Shown here: piece by piece, positions 8,022 through 15,801 of the stretch | Position numbering within the stretch: position 1 is the first letter of the stretch | How the letters are laid out: every line of letters starts with the position of its first letter | Assembly (NCBI GenBank): GCA_937907055.1 | Contig: CALCTW010000119.1 | Coordinates: 1-24,289 of the forward strand | Length of the DNA: 24,289 nucleotides | Direction of reading: 5' to 3' | Origin: an uncultured Clostridia bacterium | GTDB lineage: Bacteria > Bacillota > Clostridia > Christensenellales > Aristaeellaceae | Translations under genes and position numbers: made by a program | The notes under the pieces: generated by a model | The model's database searches: none | Seen by the model: only the letters and a program-made list of their open reading frames with translations | What the model was told of the DNA's origin: nothing

Positions 8022-9375
8022 TCTGAGTCACCTCCCTCGTGGCAAATTTCTCAATGAACTCATCCGCGCGGCCCTCGCCGCCTTCCTCCTCACGATTGAT
8101 GCAGCGCACGATGTGCTCCATGCTGTCCTTATCGAAGAAGGTCCTCGCCTCGCTGATGCTGCCGTAGTAAGCCAGCCGTCCGGTGCGGTTCTTGTCCTTG
8201 GCCAGTACGATCACATCATCGAACAGGTCGATCACGCGGTCCGGCGTATGGGTGATCACAATGATGATCTTGCCCTGATCGGCGATCATCCGCAGCTGCT
8301 GCATCAGTTCGCGCGCCATCACGCCGTCAAGACCGCTGTCCGGTTCATCCAGAATAAACAAAGAGGGATTGTTCAAAAATTCGAGCGCGATCGACAGACG
8401 CTTGCGCTGACCGCCGGAAAGCTTGGAGACCATGCTGCCGGAAACGGGCGTAAGGCCGAAGATATTCATCACGGCATCCACGCGTTCACGGCGCTTGGCG
8501 CCGTTGAACTCGCTGGGCAGACGAAGTGTCGCCGCGTCCATCAGCGTGTGATACACCGTATCGTTGCCGCGCATCAGATCCTGCTGCGGCACAAAACCGA
8601 TATCATACTGCATCCGCTTGTACTCCTGATACACGTTTCCGCCGTTCAGGTATACCTCGGCATTCGCCTTTTCATAGCCGTTGATCGCGTTCAGCAGCGT
8701 GGTCTTACCGGCGCCGCTTCCGCCAAGCAGAAGCACCATGCTGCCGGGCTTGATATACATATGCACATCCCGCAGCAGCGTCTTTTTTGAAAACCATTCC
8801 TTCGCGGTGCGGTCCTTCAGGTTGAGCGTCAGGCCCTCCTCCATCACGGCCGCGCTGCCGGAAGAGAAAAACTGCGTGACCGCTTCATCCATGTCCTCCA
8901 CCTTCCACCGCGGCTGGTTCTTCTTATTCAGACCCCAGTAGAGCAGGACCACCTGAGAAAGGATCATGTAGGGAATGATCCAATACTTTTTCTTATTGAA
9001 AAGCGAGCACAATCCGAACGCGATACGGACCCGGTATACAAGACTGATCAGGAAGAACGGCAGCGCGATCGCGGCCAGCATGACAGCGATACTATCGTTA
9101 TAAACGGCAGCACGGGTCACAAAAACGACTTCCGCGATCGTGAGCAGACGCTCGATAAAGCTGATCACGTGCATTGCCCGGCCTTCCGATTCACGCGCCG
9201 CGCATTTACCGCGCACGTACTCAGAATAGCACGGGATCAGAGCGTACCAGGGCTTTGTGCCGCATTTTTTGAAGAGCGTCCACAAGCCTGCACGTTCGAT
9301 AATATCAAGTACGATGTTGACCCAGAAAGTTTCGTTAAAAATCAGGATCAGGATAATATCAAGCGCCATTTCCAT
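8014..9375 (-). CDS. ABC transporter ATP-binding protein fused to an N-terminal ~170-aa membrane domain
   Basis: Walker A GGSGAGKTT, signature LSGGQRKR, Walker B LFILDEPDSGLD. The N-terminal part has about 4 hydrophobic helices and the motif AGLWTLFKKCGTKPWYALIPCYSEY. Confidence 0.85.
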   Translation of the reverse strand: MEMALDIILILIFNETFWVNIVLDIIERAGLWTLFKKCGTKPWYALIPCYSEYVRGKCAARESEGRAMHVISFIERLLTIAEVVFVTRAAVYNDSIAVMLAAIALPFFLISLVYRVRIAFGLCSLFNKKKYWIIPYMILSQVVLLYWGLNKKNQPRWKVEDMDEAVTQFFSSGSAAVMEEGLTLNLKDRTAKEWFSKKTLLRDVHMYIKPGSMVLLLGGSGAGKTTLLNAINGYEKANAEVYLNGGNVYQEYKRMQYDIGFVPQQDLMRGNDTVYHTLMDAATLRLPSEFNGAKRRERVDAVMNIFGLTPVSGSMVSKLSGGQRKRLSIALEFLNNPSLFILDEPDSGLDGVMARELMQQLRMIADQGKIIIVITHTPDRVIDLFDDVIVLAKDKNRTGRLAYYGSISEARTFFDKDSMEHIVRCINREEEGGEGRADEFIEKFATREVTQNA

Positions 9376-9677
9376 ATCTGTTCAATCCCTTTCTTCTGTT
9401 TGTCGGGGACCTGTCCGCGGATCACATTCTGCCCATTCCTTCAGGCAGCCTGACATCTGCATATATACATCTATTATATAGGGAAAGCTTGAAAAACACA
9501 AACAAAATTAACTGTTTCATAAGAGAAATTCAATTTTTGAACCGTCTCCGGCCTGTTTGGGGGACCTCCGGCTCCTCCGTCGGCAGCACGCGGGCTGTCC
9601 GCCGGGCGCGAAGTGTCTTCCGTCATCATTTTTTACACATGAACGCGTCTCCCCTCATGGAAAAGGAGCGCCGTCTG

Positions 9678-9686
9678 TGTTATAAT
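9678..9686 (+). promoter_or_regulatory. Extended -10 element (TGTTATAAT) upstream of the 100-aa gene
   Basis: TGnTATAAT at 9678-9686, about 60 nt upstream of the ATG at 9748. The -35 is only weak. Confidence 0.3.
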
Positions 9687-9747
9687 CAGTTCAGCAAAAG
9701 TGTTCACAGTCCGTCAGCCCGTTTTAAACGGCAAAAAGGAGATCATC

Positions 9748-10050
9748 ATGAATCAGCACGAACCCGCTTTCACCATCCTCGCGCATGATACCCCGTTCGT
9801 CTTTTCTTTGAAGGACCGGGATGCCGCCTGGTACGCGTTCGATCACGCGTCTGCCGTCTGCGGGGGCAAAACGCTTCTCCTGAACGCCGACCGCGAGGTC
9901 TACGCCAGCCTGAAGGAGCCGGACGGGCGTGTCTTTTACGGCATCATCGGGGAAGATGAAGACGATTCGATCCCGGATAATTTCCCGATCGACCCGAGAA
10001 CCGTCTACCGTTTCTATGATCATCCCGAAACGGAGGAATTCTATCTCTGA
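9748..10050 (+). CDS. Hypothetical small acidic protein (100 aa)
   Basis: ATG at 9748 preceded by AAAGGAGA. The longer ORF from 9700 has no RBS. A strong terminator follows. No family recognised. Confidence 0.55.
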   Translation: MNQHEPAFTILAHDTPFVFSLKDRDAAWYAFDHASAVCGGKTLLLNADREVYASLKEPDGRVFYGIIGEDEDDSIPDNFPIDPRTVYRFYDHPETEEFYL

Positions 10051-10068
10051 ATCCCCGTGCCCCATCGC

Positions 10069-10104
10069 AAAGAGGACAGTTCATCCGACCTGTCCTCTTT
10101 TTTT
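10069..10104. terminator. Bidirectional rho-independent terminator between convergent genes
   Basis: 11-bp stem AAAGAGGACAG (10069-10079) / CTGTCCTCTTT (10090-10100). T-run 10098-10104. An A-rich 5' flank gives a U-run on the other strand. Confidence 0.8.
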
Positions 10105-10123
10105 GATATCTCCGCGCGCCGCC

Positions 10124-10642
10124 TCATTTTCCGGCGGTCTTTTTTGTCTCCGCCCACACCCGGATCCGCTCTTCCGTCTCTTCCGTGATCACGCCGCCGT
10201 TTGCGATCGCGACCGCGCGGGATGCCGCGTTATCCGCGTGAATGGTCAGCAGCGCCCGGTCGATCCCAAATGCCGCGGCCTTCTCCAGCAGCAGCCGCAG
10301 CAACTCCTTCCCGTAGCCTCTTCCGCGATACATGGGCGCGATGCCATAGCCGATATGTCCGCCGCTCTTTTGCAGGGCATCCGTCAGAAAATGCCGCACA
10401 TTGCCGAATCCCACCGGGATCCCGTCCGCGTAAAGCCAGTAGGTGGCGGAAGGCACCTTCCACCCGTCCACCAGCCCTTCCTGCACGGCTTCCGCCTCTT
10501 TCGCCTTCAGCCATGCCTTGAATTCCTCAAATGAAAGACCGTTCGCGTTATTGATCAGTCCGTTCTCGTTCTTTGGCATCGACTGCAGCAGTTCATAGAT
10601 CTCCTGCCCGTCTGCCCCGGACAATTGTCTTAATTCCAGCAT
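10124..10642 (-). CDS. GNAT family N-acetyltransferase
   Basis: Acetyl-CoA binding motif ..YRGRGYGKELLRLLLEKAAAFG.. plus a ..NAASRAVAIANGG.. tail. The ATG at 10642 (MLELRQL..) has GGAG upstream. The ORF could alternatively start at the GTG at 10687. Confidence 0.8.
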   Translation of the reverse strand: MLELRQLSGADGQEIYELLQSMPKNENGLINNANGLSFEEFKAWLKAKEAEAVQEGLVDGWKVPSATYWLYADGIPVGFGNVRHFLTDALQKSGGHIGYGIAPMYRGRGYGKELLRLLLEKAAAFGIDRALLTIHADNAASRAVAIANGGVITEETEERIRVWAETKKTAGK

Positions 10643-10746
10643 CCCGTTTTCATCTCCGTTTATCCCGCGCGTGTCCGGATCCGTCACTGATTCGGTTTTA
10701 ACAGGTGGATTGATTATATCACAGAACGCCCCTCATTCACAAGTTA

Positions 10747-10774
10747 AGGCCTTCTGCTTTTAAGCAAAAGGCCT
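10747..10774 (-). terminator. Hairpin downstream of the ECF-S-like gene (weak terminator candidate)
   Basis: AGGCCTT-c-TGCT / AGCA-a-AAGGCCT stem. There is no clear U-run on the minus strand. Confidence 0.3.
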
Positions 10775-10814
10775 CATATATCAACATTCTACCTTCCGAT
10801 ATTCCAAATACCGC

Positions 10815-11402
10815 TTATTCTCGGGTCATCATCCGGTCCATCGGAGAAAGCTTCGCTTTTTCAAGCGCCAACACGATGACCGGTACGATCAGCAGATGCA
10901 GCACCGCGCCGACCGCCGTTTTCACAAAGTACCCGCTGACAAACAGCTCAAACGAATAGCTTGCCCCATTCAGTCCCAGCACACAGGCCTTGACGATCCC
11001 GCCGGCGATACGGCCGACCGTCATCGCGATCAGCATGGCTGCCAGCATCGCCGGCAGATGCCCCAGCCGCTTTGCACGGATCAGCTTCCTGAACAAAGCA
11101 TACATCAGACCGGTCAGCAGACCGTAGACCGCCATCTCCGCCGCCATCGGGATCGCGTTCAGGATCGGCGGGAAGCTGAAGAAGGCGGATCGTGTGAGCG
11201 GCAGGATGATCCCCAGCGCCATTCCCCACTGCCATCCGCAGGTCAGGCCGCAGATCAGCACCGGTATATGCAGCGGGCTCAGGCTCTGCCCCAGCACCTG
11301 CACCTGTCCGATCAGAAACGGCAATACATATCCGACCGCCAGCAGGATCGCGGTGATCAGCATTTTGAGCAGTTGATTGTTTTTCTTACTGTTATTCATC
11401 AT
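10815..11402 (-). CDS. ECF-transporter S-component-like membrane protein (ThiW-like pattern), substrate unknown
   Basis: 195 aa, about 6 TMs. The motif LSPLHIPVLICGL.CGW.WG...G.ILPL.R......PP....IPMAAEMAVYGLLTGL resembles ThiW/ECF S components. It starts 4 nt after the larC stop. Confidence 0.55.
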   Translation of the reverse strand: MMNNSKKNNQLLKMLITAILLAVGYVLPFLIGQVQVLGQSLSPLHIPVLICGLTCGWQWGMALGIILPLTRSAFFSFPPILNAIPMAAEMAVYGLLTGLMYALFRKLIRAKRLGHLPAMLAAMLIAMTVGRIAGGIVKACVLGLNGASYSFELFVSGYFVKTAVGAVLHLLIVPVIVLALEKAKLSPMDRMMTRE

Positions 11403-11406
11403 CGCT

Positions 11407-12744
11407 TTATTCCTGTTTCAAAGCATCAATGATCTGATACAGAGACGCGCCGTTCTCCTTCGCCGCGCGCGCGATGTCCTCATATTCCGGCTTGGCCTTC
11501 TCGATCCCGTAGCCGGCCGCACGCTTATAACGGACAGGGCCGTAAGCCGTCTGCACAGTCTCCATGGAACGCTGCAGCACATAGCGGCTGCAATCCTGAC
11601 GGCGAACGCCCAGCGTGGTCGTATGCTTCAGCATCAAGCGCGCCAGCGCGTCCGCGTCTTCAGGACGGCAGATCACATTCAGCATCACGCCGGGGCGGTT
11701 CTTCTTCATTCCGATCGGTGTGGTATACACATCGCGCGCGCCGTTATCAAACAGGATCTCCATCGCGAAGCCCAGCGCTTCGCCGGTCATATCGTCCAGG
11801 TTGCATTCCAGGCGCGTGATCTCCTCGCGCTTTCCTTCGGTCTCGCCCAGGAAGGAACGCACGCAATTGATCCGCTCAAAGTCCTTGGTCCCCATACCGT
11901 AGCCGATGGCCTGTGTCTTCATCACAGGGCGATCCCCGAAGGAGGCGGCGAAATGACGGAGAAGCGCCGCGCCGGTCGGCGTGCAAAGTTCTCCCTTCAC
12001 CTGTCCGCCATAGGTCGGGATATCCGTCAGGATCAGCGCGGTCGCGGGCGCGGGCACAGGCAGAATGCCGTGCGCGCAGCGTACAGCGCCGCTGCCGACA
12101 TGCACCGGTGAAGCCACGATCTCATCCGCCCCGATCTGCTCCATCAGCAGGCATACGCCCACCACGTCCGCCACAGCGTCCATGGTTCCCACCTCGTGAA
12201 AATGGATATCGCTGACGGGATGCCCGTGCACGCGGCTCTCCGCTTCCGCGATGATGCGGTAAACAGCCAGCGCGTCTTTCCGTACCTTTTCAGATACCGG
12301 CAGGCTGCCGATCATCGCCGTGATATCCGCCATGGAGGCGTGATGATGCGCGTGCGCGTGACCATGCTCATGGTCGTGGTCATGATGATGCTCGTGATCA
12401 TGATCATGATGATGCTCATGGTCATGGTCATGATGGTGTTCGTGATCATGGTCATGATGATGCTCATGGTCATGGTCATGATGATGTTCGTGATCATGGT
12501 CGTGATGATGCTCATGATCATGCACATCATCCGATACTTCCTCTTCGCCGCGGACGGTCACCCGCACATGGCTGCCGGTCACGCCGCATTTCACACTGGG
12601 TTCCAGCGTCACTTCCACGCCGGGCAGTCCCAGCGCGTTCATCTGCTTAATAAAAGCCTCCCGATCCGGGATCAGTTCCAGCAGGGACGCCATCAGCATA
12701 TCTCCGGCAGCCCCCATGTTGCATTCAAGATAAAGTGTTTTCAT
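11407..12744 (-). CDS. larC: Nickel-pincer cofactor biosynthesis protein LarC (nickel insertion, DUF111 family)
   Basis: 445 aa. MKTLYLECNMGAAGDMLMASLLEL.. is the DUF111/LarC N-terminus. There is an internal His-rich stretch, and the C-terminal part (..GVRRQDCSRYVLQR....V.T.YGPVRYK) is LarC-like. Confidence 0.85.
   Translation of the reverse strand: MKTLYLECNMGAAGDMLMASLLELIPDREAFIKQMNALGLPGVEVTLEPSVKCGVTGSHVRVTVRGEEEVSDDVHDHEHHHDHDHEHHHDHDHEHHHDHDHEHHHDHDHEHHHDHDHEHHHDHDHEHGHAHAHHHASMADITAMIGSLPVSEKVRKDALAVYRIIAEAESRVHGHPVSDIHFHEVGTMDAVADVVGVCLLMEQIGADEIVASPVHVGSGAVRCAHGILPVPAPATALILTDIPTYGGQVKGELCTPTGAALLRHFAASFGDRPVMKTQAIGYGMGTKDFERINCVRSFLGETEGKREEITRLECNLDDMTGEALGFAMEILFDNGARDVYTTPIGMKKNRPGVMLNVICRPEDADALARLMLKHTTTLGVRRQDCSRYVLQRSMETVQTAYGPVRYKRAAGYGIEKAKPEYEDIARAAKENGASLYQIIDALKQE
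12340..12525 (-). repeat. In-frame tandem repeat (24-bp unit, about 6 copies) encoding (HDHEHHHD)n inside larC
   Basis: CATGA(C/T)CATGA(C/T)CA(C/T)GA(A/G)CA(C/T)CA(C/T) units repeat almost perfectly. Translation: HDHEHHHDHDHEHHHD...HGHAHAHHH. Confidence 0.85.
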
Positions 12745-12756
12745 GATATACCTCGT

Positions 12757-13566
12757 TTATTCGTTCTGGTTTTTATTTTTCAGCCGCAGATACTCCGTGT
12801 ATCCGCCAAGGAAAGAAAAACTGCCCCACAGTTCGCTGCAGGCGATCATCTGTTCCATGTAACGCGCCGCAAGCGCGGGTTCTGTCTTCTCAAACCACAC
12901 ATACATCGCGTGGGTGATACAGGTCCGGCTCAGCACATCCACTTCGGGTATCTTCCGGTCCAGCTCCTCCCGCGTCATTTTTCCCGTCGCGTAACGCACA
13001 AACAGGTCATACCCGATATGATGTCCAGGATCGACCGGCTTTACATAATCGTCCCAGTCGCTCCGTCCCTGCTTTCTCAGGCAGAGGATGGACCAGTACA
13101 GCGTGGCGACATACATTTCATCCCGGTCGCGGCTGAGCGGAAAGCAGCTGATGAACCAGTACCAGGCCTGTTCATACTGTCCCTGATAGAAAAAGCACAG
13201 TCCCAGCCGATAATGGATATCCAACTGATCCTCCGACCGTTCCAGACACCAGAAAAACTCCCGTGTTGCTTCTTCATGTTGCAGGGTCTTCATCAGGTTC
13301 AGTCCCAGCCTGCGATGCGCCGCGTAGTTTTCCGGTTCCATTTCCGTCACCCGGCGGCAGATGACCGCCGACTCGCGGTGGCGCTGCTGAAAGCTCAGGC
13401 ATTTCGCCAGAAGCAGCAGGTTCTCCGCTGTCGGTTCCTGCCCGGCCTTTGCCCGGGCGGCAGCCGTTTCCTCATCATCCGGGATCACGATTGCTTTGCC
13501 CAGCAGTTCTTTTTCCGGACAGGAGGATATTTTGCTGAACAGAGGGCCGTGATGATCGTTTGCCAT
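12757..13566 (-). CDS. Hypothetical TPR-like helical-repeat protein (269 aa)
   Basis: Helix-pair repeats with TPR-like signatures (..YRLGLCFFYQGQYEQAWYWF..). Its stop lies inside the larC RBS region (12-nt gap), so it is co-transcribed with larC. Confidence 0.55.
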   Translation of the reverse strand: MANDHHGPLFSKISSCPEKELLGKAIVIPDDEETAAARAKAGQEPTAENLLLLAKCLSFQQRHRESAVICRRVTEMEPENYAAHRRLGLNLMKTLQHEEATREFFWCLERSEDQLDIHYRLGLCFFYQGQYEQAWYWFISCFPLSRDRDEMYVATLYWSILCLRKQGRSDWDDYVKPVDPGHHIGYDLFVRYATGKMTREELDRKIPEVDVLSRTCITHAMYVWFEKTEPALAARYMEQMIACSELWGSFSFLGGYTEYLRLKNKNQNE

Positions 13567-13644
13567 ACCGTTGCCGTTCTCCTTTTCTTATCGTTTTGCA
13601 GGATCAGGAGTACAGACAGCAAGGATCCTTCCCCTTATACACTC

Positions 13645-13674
13645 ACTATATCATACAGCAAGAGATTCGTTCAA
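13645..13674 (-). promoter_or_regulatory. Candidate promoter of the TPR-larC-ECF-S operon
   Basis: On the minus strand: TTGAAC (13674-13669), 18-nt spacer, TATAGT (13650-13645). Confidence 0.35.
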
Positions 13675-13783
13675 TCCCGGCATCCTGCACAAAGATATCA
13701 AATAATCGCATAAATCCGTAAATATCCCCGCGCTCTGTCTGCCGTTTCTGCCCATGCCGGGCGTTTTTTACATTCGCGCGCGT

Positions 13784-14860
13784 TTAAAAGCGCTGCTCCG
13801 GATCCGCGCCGCGCCGTATCATGGCCGGGCAGGGATGGGTGTGTCCCGCGCTGAAAGCGCACCGCGGACAACTAAAGCAGGGCACGTACGGCGCGTCCTG
13901 CAGGATTGCTTCCGTGAAAGCCGGGTCTGCCAGCAGGCCGCAGCCCAGATCCACCGTATCGGTCAGATCATGCTCAAACATATAGCGCACCTTTTCCACC
14001 GTGCGAAGCCTGTTGACCACAGAGACCGGCACACGGCCCCTGAAATGCTCATGCATCTTCACGCCCAGCGCGGCCACGCGGTTGTACGGAAGCCCGTCAT
14101 CGTGTTCGATCTCATCCGGCGCGGCGATGCCGGAAGAGACCTGCAGATAATCACACCCGGCCGCCACATAGCATTCCGCGGTCGTGATCGCGTCCGCCAC
14201 CGTGGGATCACAGCCCGATACACGGGCGGAAATGATAAAATCCCGGCCGCAGGCTTCCCGGATCGCCGCGATGATCTCACTGCCGAAGCGCGCGCGCCTC
14301 TCCGCGTTGCCGCCGTAGGCGTCCGTCCGCTGATTGATCGCGGAAGCGAAGTCATTGATCAGATAGCTGTGGCAGCCATGCACCTGCACGCCGTCATAAC
14401 CTGCCGCCTTCGCGCGCAGGGCAGCATCCACAAACTGCTGACGGATCCGCGCGATATCCTCAAGGCTCAGCTCCGCCGCTTCCTGTTCACGCCACCGGAT
14501 CGCGGAGGGAGACGTCAGCGGCCCGCACTCCGGATGGGTGCTGATACCGCCGTGGTGGATCTGCGGGATCACCAGCGCGCCGTGACGATGCACGGCCTCC
14601 GCGAGCCTGCGGTGTCCCTCGATCTGCTCATCGCACCACAGTCCCAGCTGGGTGGGATGCAGCCGCGCCTCCGGGGCCACACAGGTGGCCTCCACCACGA
14701 TCAGGGCGCATCCGCGCGCCGCGCGCTCCTCATAGTGGCGCACAAATTCATCGGTTACCATGCCGTCCGGACCGGCGTAAAATTTAACGGTCGGCGCCAT
14801 GGTCACACGGTTGCGAAGGGTTTTTGTTCCGATCTGAATGGGAGAATGAACATCCGTCAT
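13784..14860 (-). CDS. Old Yellow Enzyme family NADH:flavin oxidoreductase with a C-terminal 4-Cys motif
   Basis: IQIGTKTLRNRVTMAPT.., QIHHGG and HGCHSYLINDFAS are OYE/FMN TIM-barrel motifs. The ATG at 14860 is preceded by AGGAGGAG; the ORF start at 14884 is less likely. The protein ends with CFSCPRCAFSAGHTHPC. Confidence 0.85.
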   Translation of the reverse strand: MTDVHSPIQIGTKTLRNRVTMAPTVKFYAGPDGMVTDEFVRHYEERAARGCALIVVEATCVAPEARLHPTQLGLWCDEQIEGHRRLAEAVHRHGALVIPQIHHGGISTHPECGPLTSPSAIRWREQEAAELSLEDIARIRQQFVDAALRAKAAGYDGVQVHGCHSYLINDFASAINQRTDAYGGNAERRARFGSEIIAAIREACGRDFIISARVSGCDPTVADAITTAECYVAAGCDYLQVSSGIAAPDEIEHDDGLPYNRVAALGVKMHEHFRGRVPVSVVNRLRTVEKVRYMFEHDLTDTVDLGCGLLADPAFTEAILQDAPYVPCFSCPRCAFSAGHTHPCPAMIRRGADPEQRF

Positions 14861-15098
14861 AAAAATCTCCTCCTGTGAGCACATCCGGGCAAAGCCCCGG
14901 ATCGTCCTCTGTCTTGTTTTTTATTTTTTGAAACTGACCGCGTTTTTGATCCGCGGTCCATAGGCTCACAGGTCCAAAGTACTCATTCAGCGCGCTTTTG
15001 TCAATCATTTTTTATATCCCGCATTCCGTCCCGCGCCTCTTCCCGTTCAAAGAATTGCCGATCAGGCAAAAAAACAGCTGATTTTTGCATTTTTCCTG

Positions 15099-15126
15099 TT
15101 GACAAAAACGCATGCCGGATTATAAT
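15099..15126 (+). promoter_or_regulatory. Near-consensus sigma-A promoter of the tetR-led operon
   Basis: TTGACA (15099-15104), 16-nt spacer, TATAAT (15121-15126). Confidence 0.65.
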
Positions 15127-15136
15127 GATCTCAAAA

Positions 15137-15151
15137 GATAGTCTGACTATC
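15137..15151. promoter_or_regulatory. Palindromic operator candidate, GATAGTC-T-GACTATC
   Basis: Perfect 7-bp arms around one central base, 10 nt downstream of the -10 box. That is a typical position and size for a TetR-family operator. Confidence 0.5.
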
Positions 15152-15172
15152 ATTTCAATTCAAGGAGACACG

Positions 15173-15778
15173 ATGAACAAACTGCAGGATGATGTCTTTC
15201 AGAAGATCATTGCCTCCGCGGCTGATCTGTTCGTTGCCGGGACGATCTCCGGCACTTCCATCCGCGATATCGCGAATGCCGCCGGCTGCGGCGAGGCCAC
15301 GATCTACCGGCATTACAAAACCAAGGATCAGCTGGCGGTACAGGCAGCTGAGCTGATCGCCGGCCAAATGCAGGAGCGCTATTTCATATACGATCCCGCG
15401 CTGAACGGCGGCGAACGTGTCCGGGCGTTCTTTGAAGCCTATGAGAAGATCTATCACATCGATCCCGGGTACTACCGTTTCCTGTTCGAGCTGGATTCCA
15501 TGTTCCTCGGCAAAGCGTCCGCGGAAACGAAGAGCTATGAAAACACGGTCGACGCGTTTTATCACATCTTCTCTGACGCGTACGATCAGGGCTTGCGGGA
15601 GGGCAGTGTCAGGGCTGTCGAAAACGTGGAGCTGTTCTATTATTCCTCAGCCCACGCGCTGCTCAGCCTTTGCAAAACGCTGGCCGTCTCCGCGACACCG
15701 TTCAGCCATGATAAGCTGATCCGCCCCGAGACCGAGATCCACACCCTCACGGAGCTGATCCTCAAAAACATTATTTGA
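15173..15778 (+). CDS. TetR/AcrR family transcriptional regulator
   Basis: The N-terminal HTH ..AADLFVAGTISGTSIRDIANAAGCGEATIYRHYKTKDQL.. is the TetR_N signature. ATG at 15173 after AAGGAGA. Confidence 0.9.
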   Translation: MNKLQDDVFQKIIASAADLFVAGTISGTSIRDIANAAGCGEATIYRHYKTKDQLAVQAAELIAGQMQERYFIYDPALNGGERVRAFFEAYEKIYHIDPGYYRFLFELDSMFLGKASAETKSYENTVDAFYHIFSDAYDQGLREGSVRAVENVELFYYSSAHALLSLCKTLAVSATPFSHDKLIRPETEIHTLTELILKNII

Positions 15779-15801
15779 TCACAATATAAAGGAGAACTAC
15801 T

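Noticed and set aside
9748-10642. Small acidic protein next to a GNAT acetyltransferase, as a possible GNAT-type toxin-antitoxin pair.
   Set aside because: The genes are convergent and share a bidirectional terminator, so they are not co-transcribed. The small protein has no RHH or DUF1778-like features. The GNAT looks like an ordinary RimJ/RimL-type acetyltransferase.
12340-12525. Regular short repeats that might be mistaken for a CRISPR array.
   Set aside because: The units are contiguous 24-bp in-frame coding repeats with no spacers, inside larC. No cas genes or repeat-spacer architecture appear anywhere in the window.
12312-12530. Met/Ile/Val/Thr-rich ORFs on both strands across the larC repeat, which could look like a hydrophobic peptide or repeat protein.
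   Set aside because: They are alternative-frame or antisense readings of the (CAT/GAT/GAG)n His-rich repeat of LarC. The LarC frame is continuous with conserved flanks.
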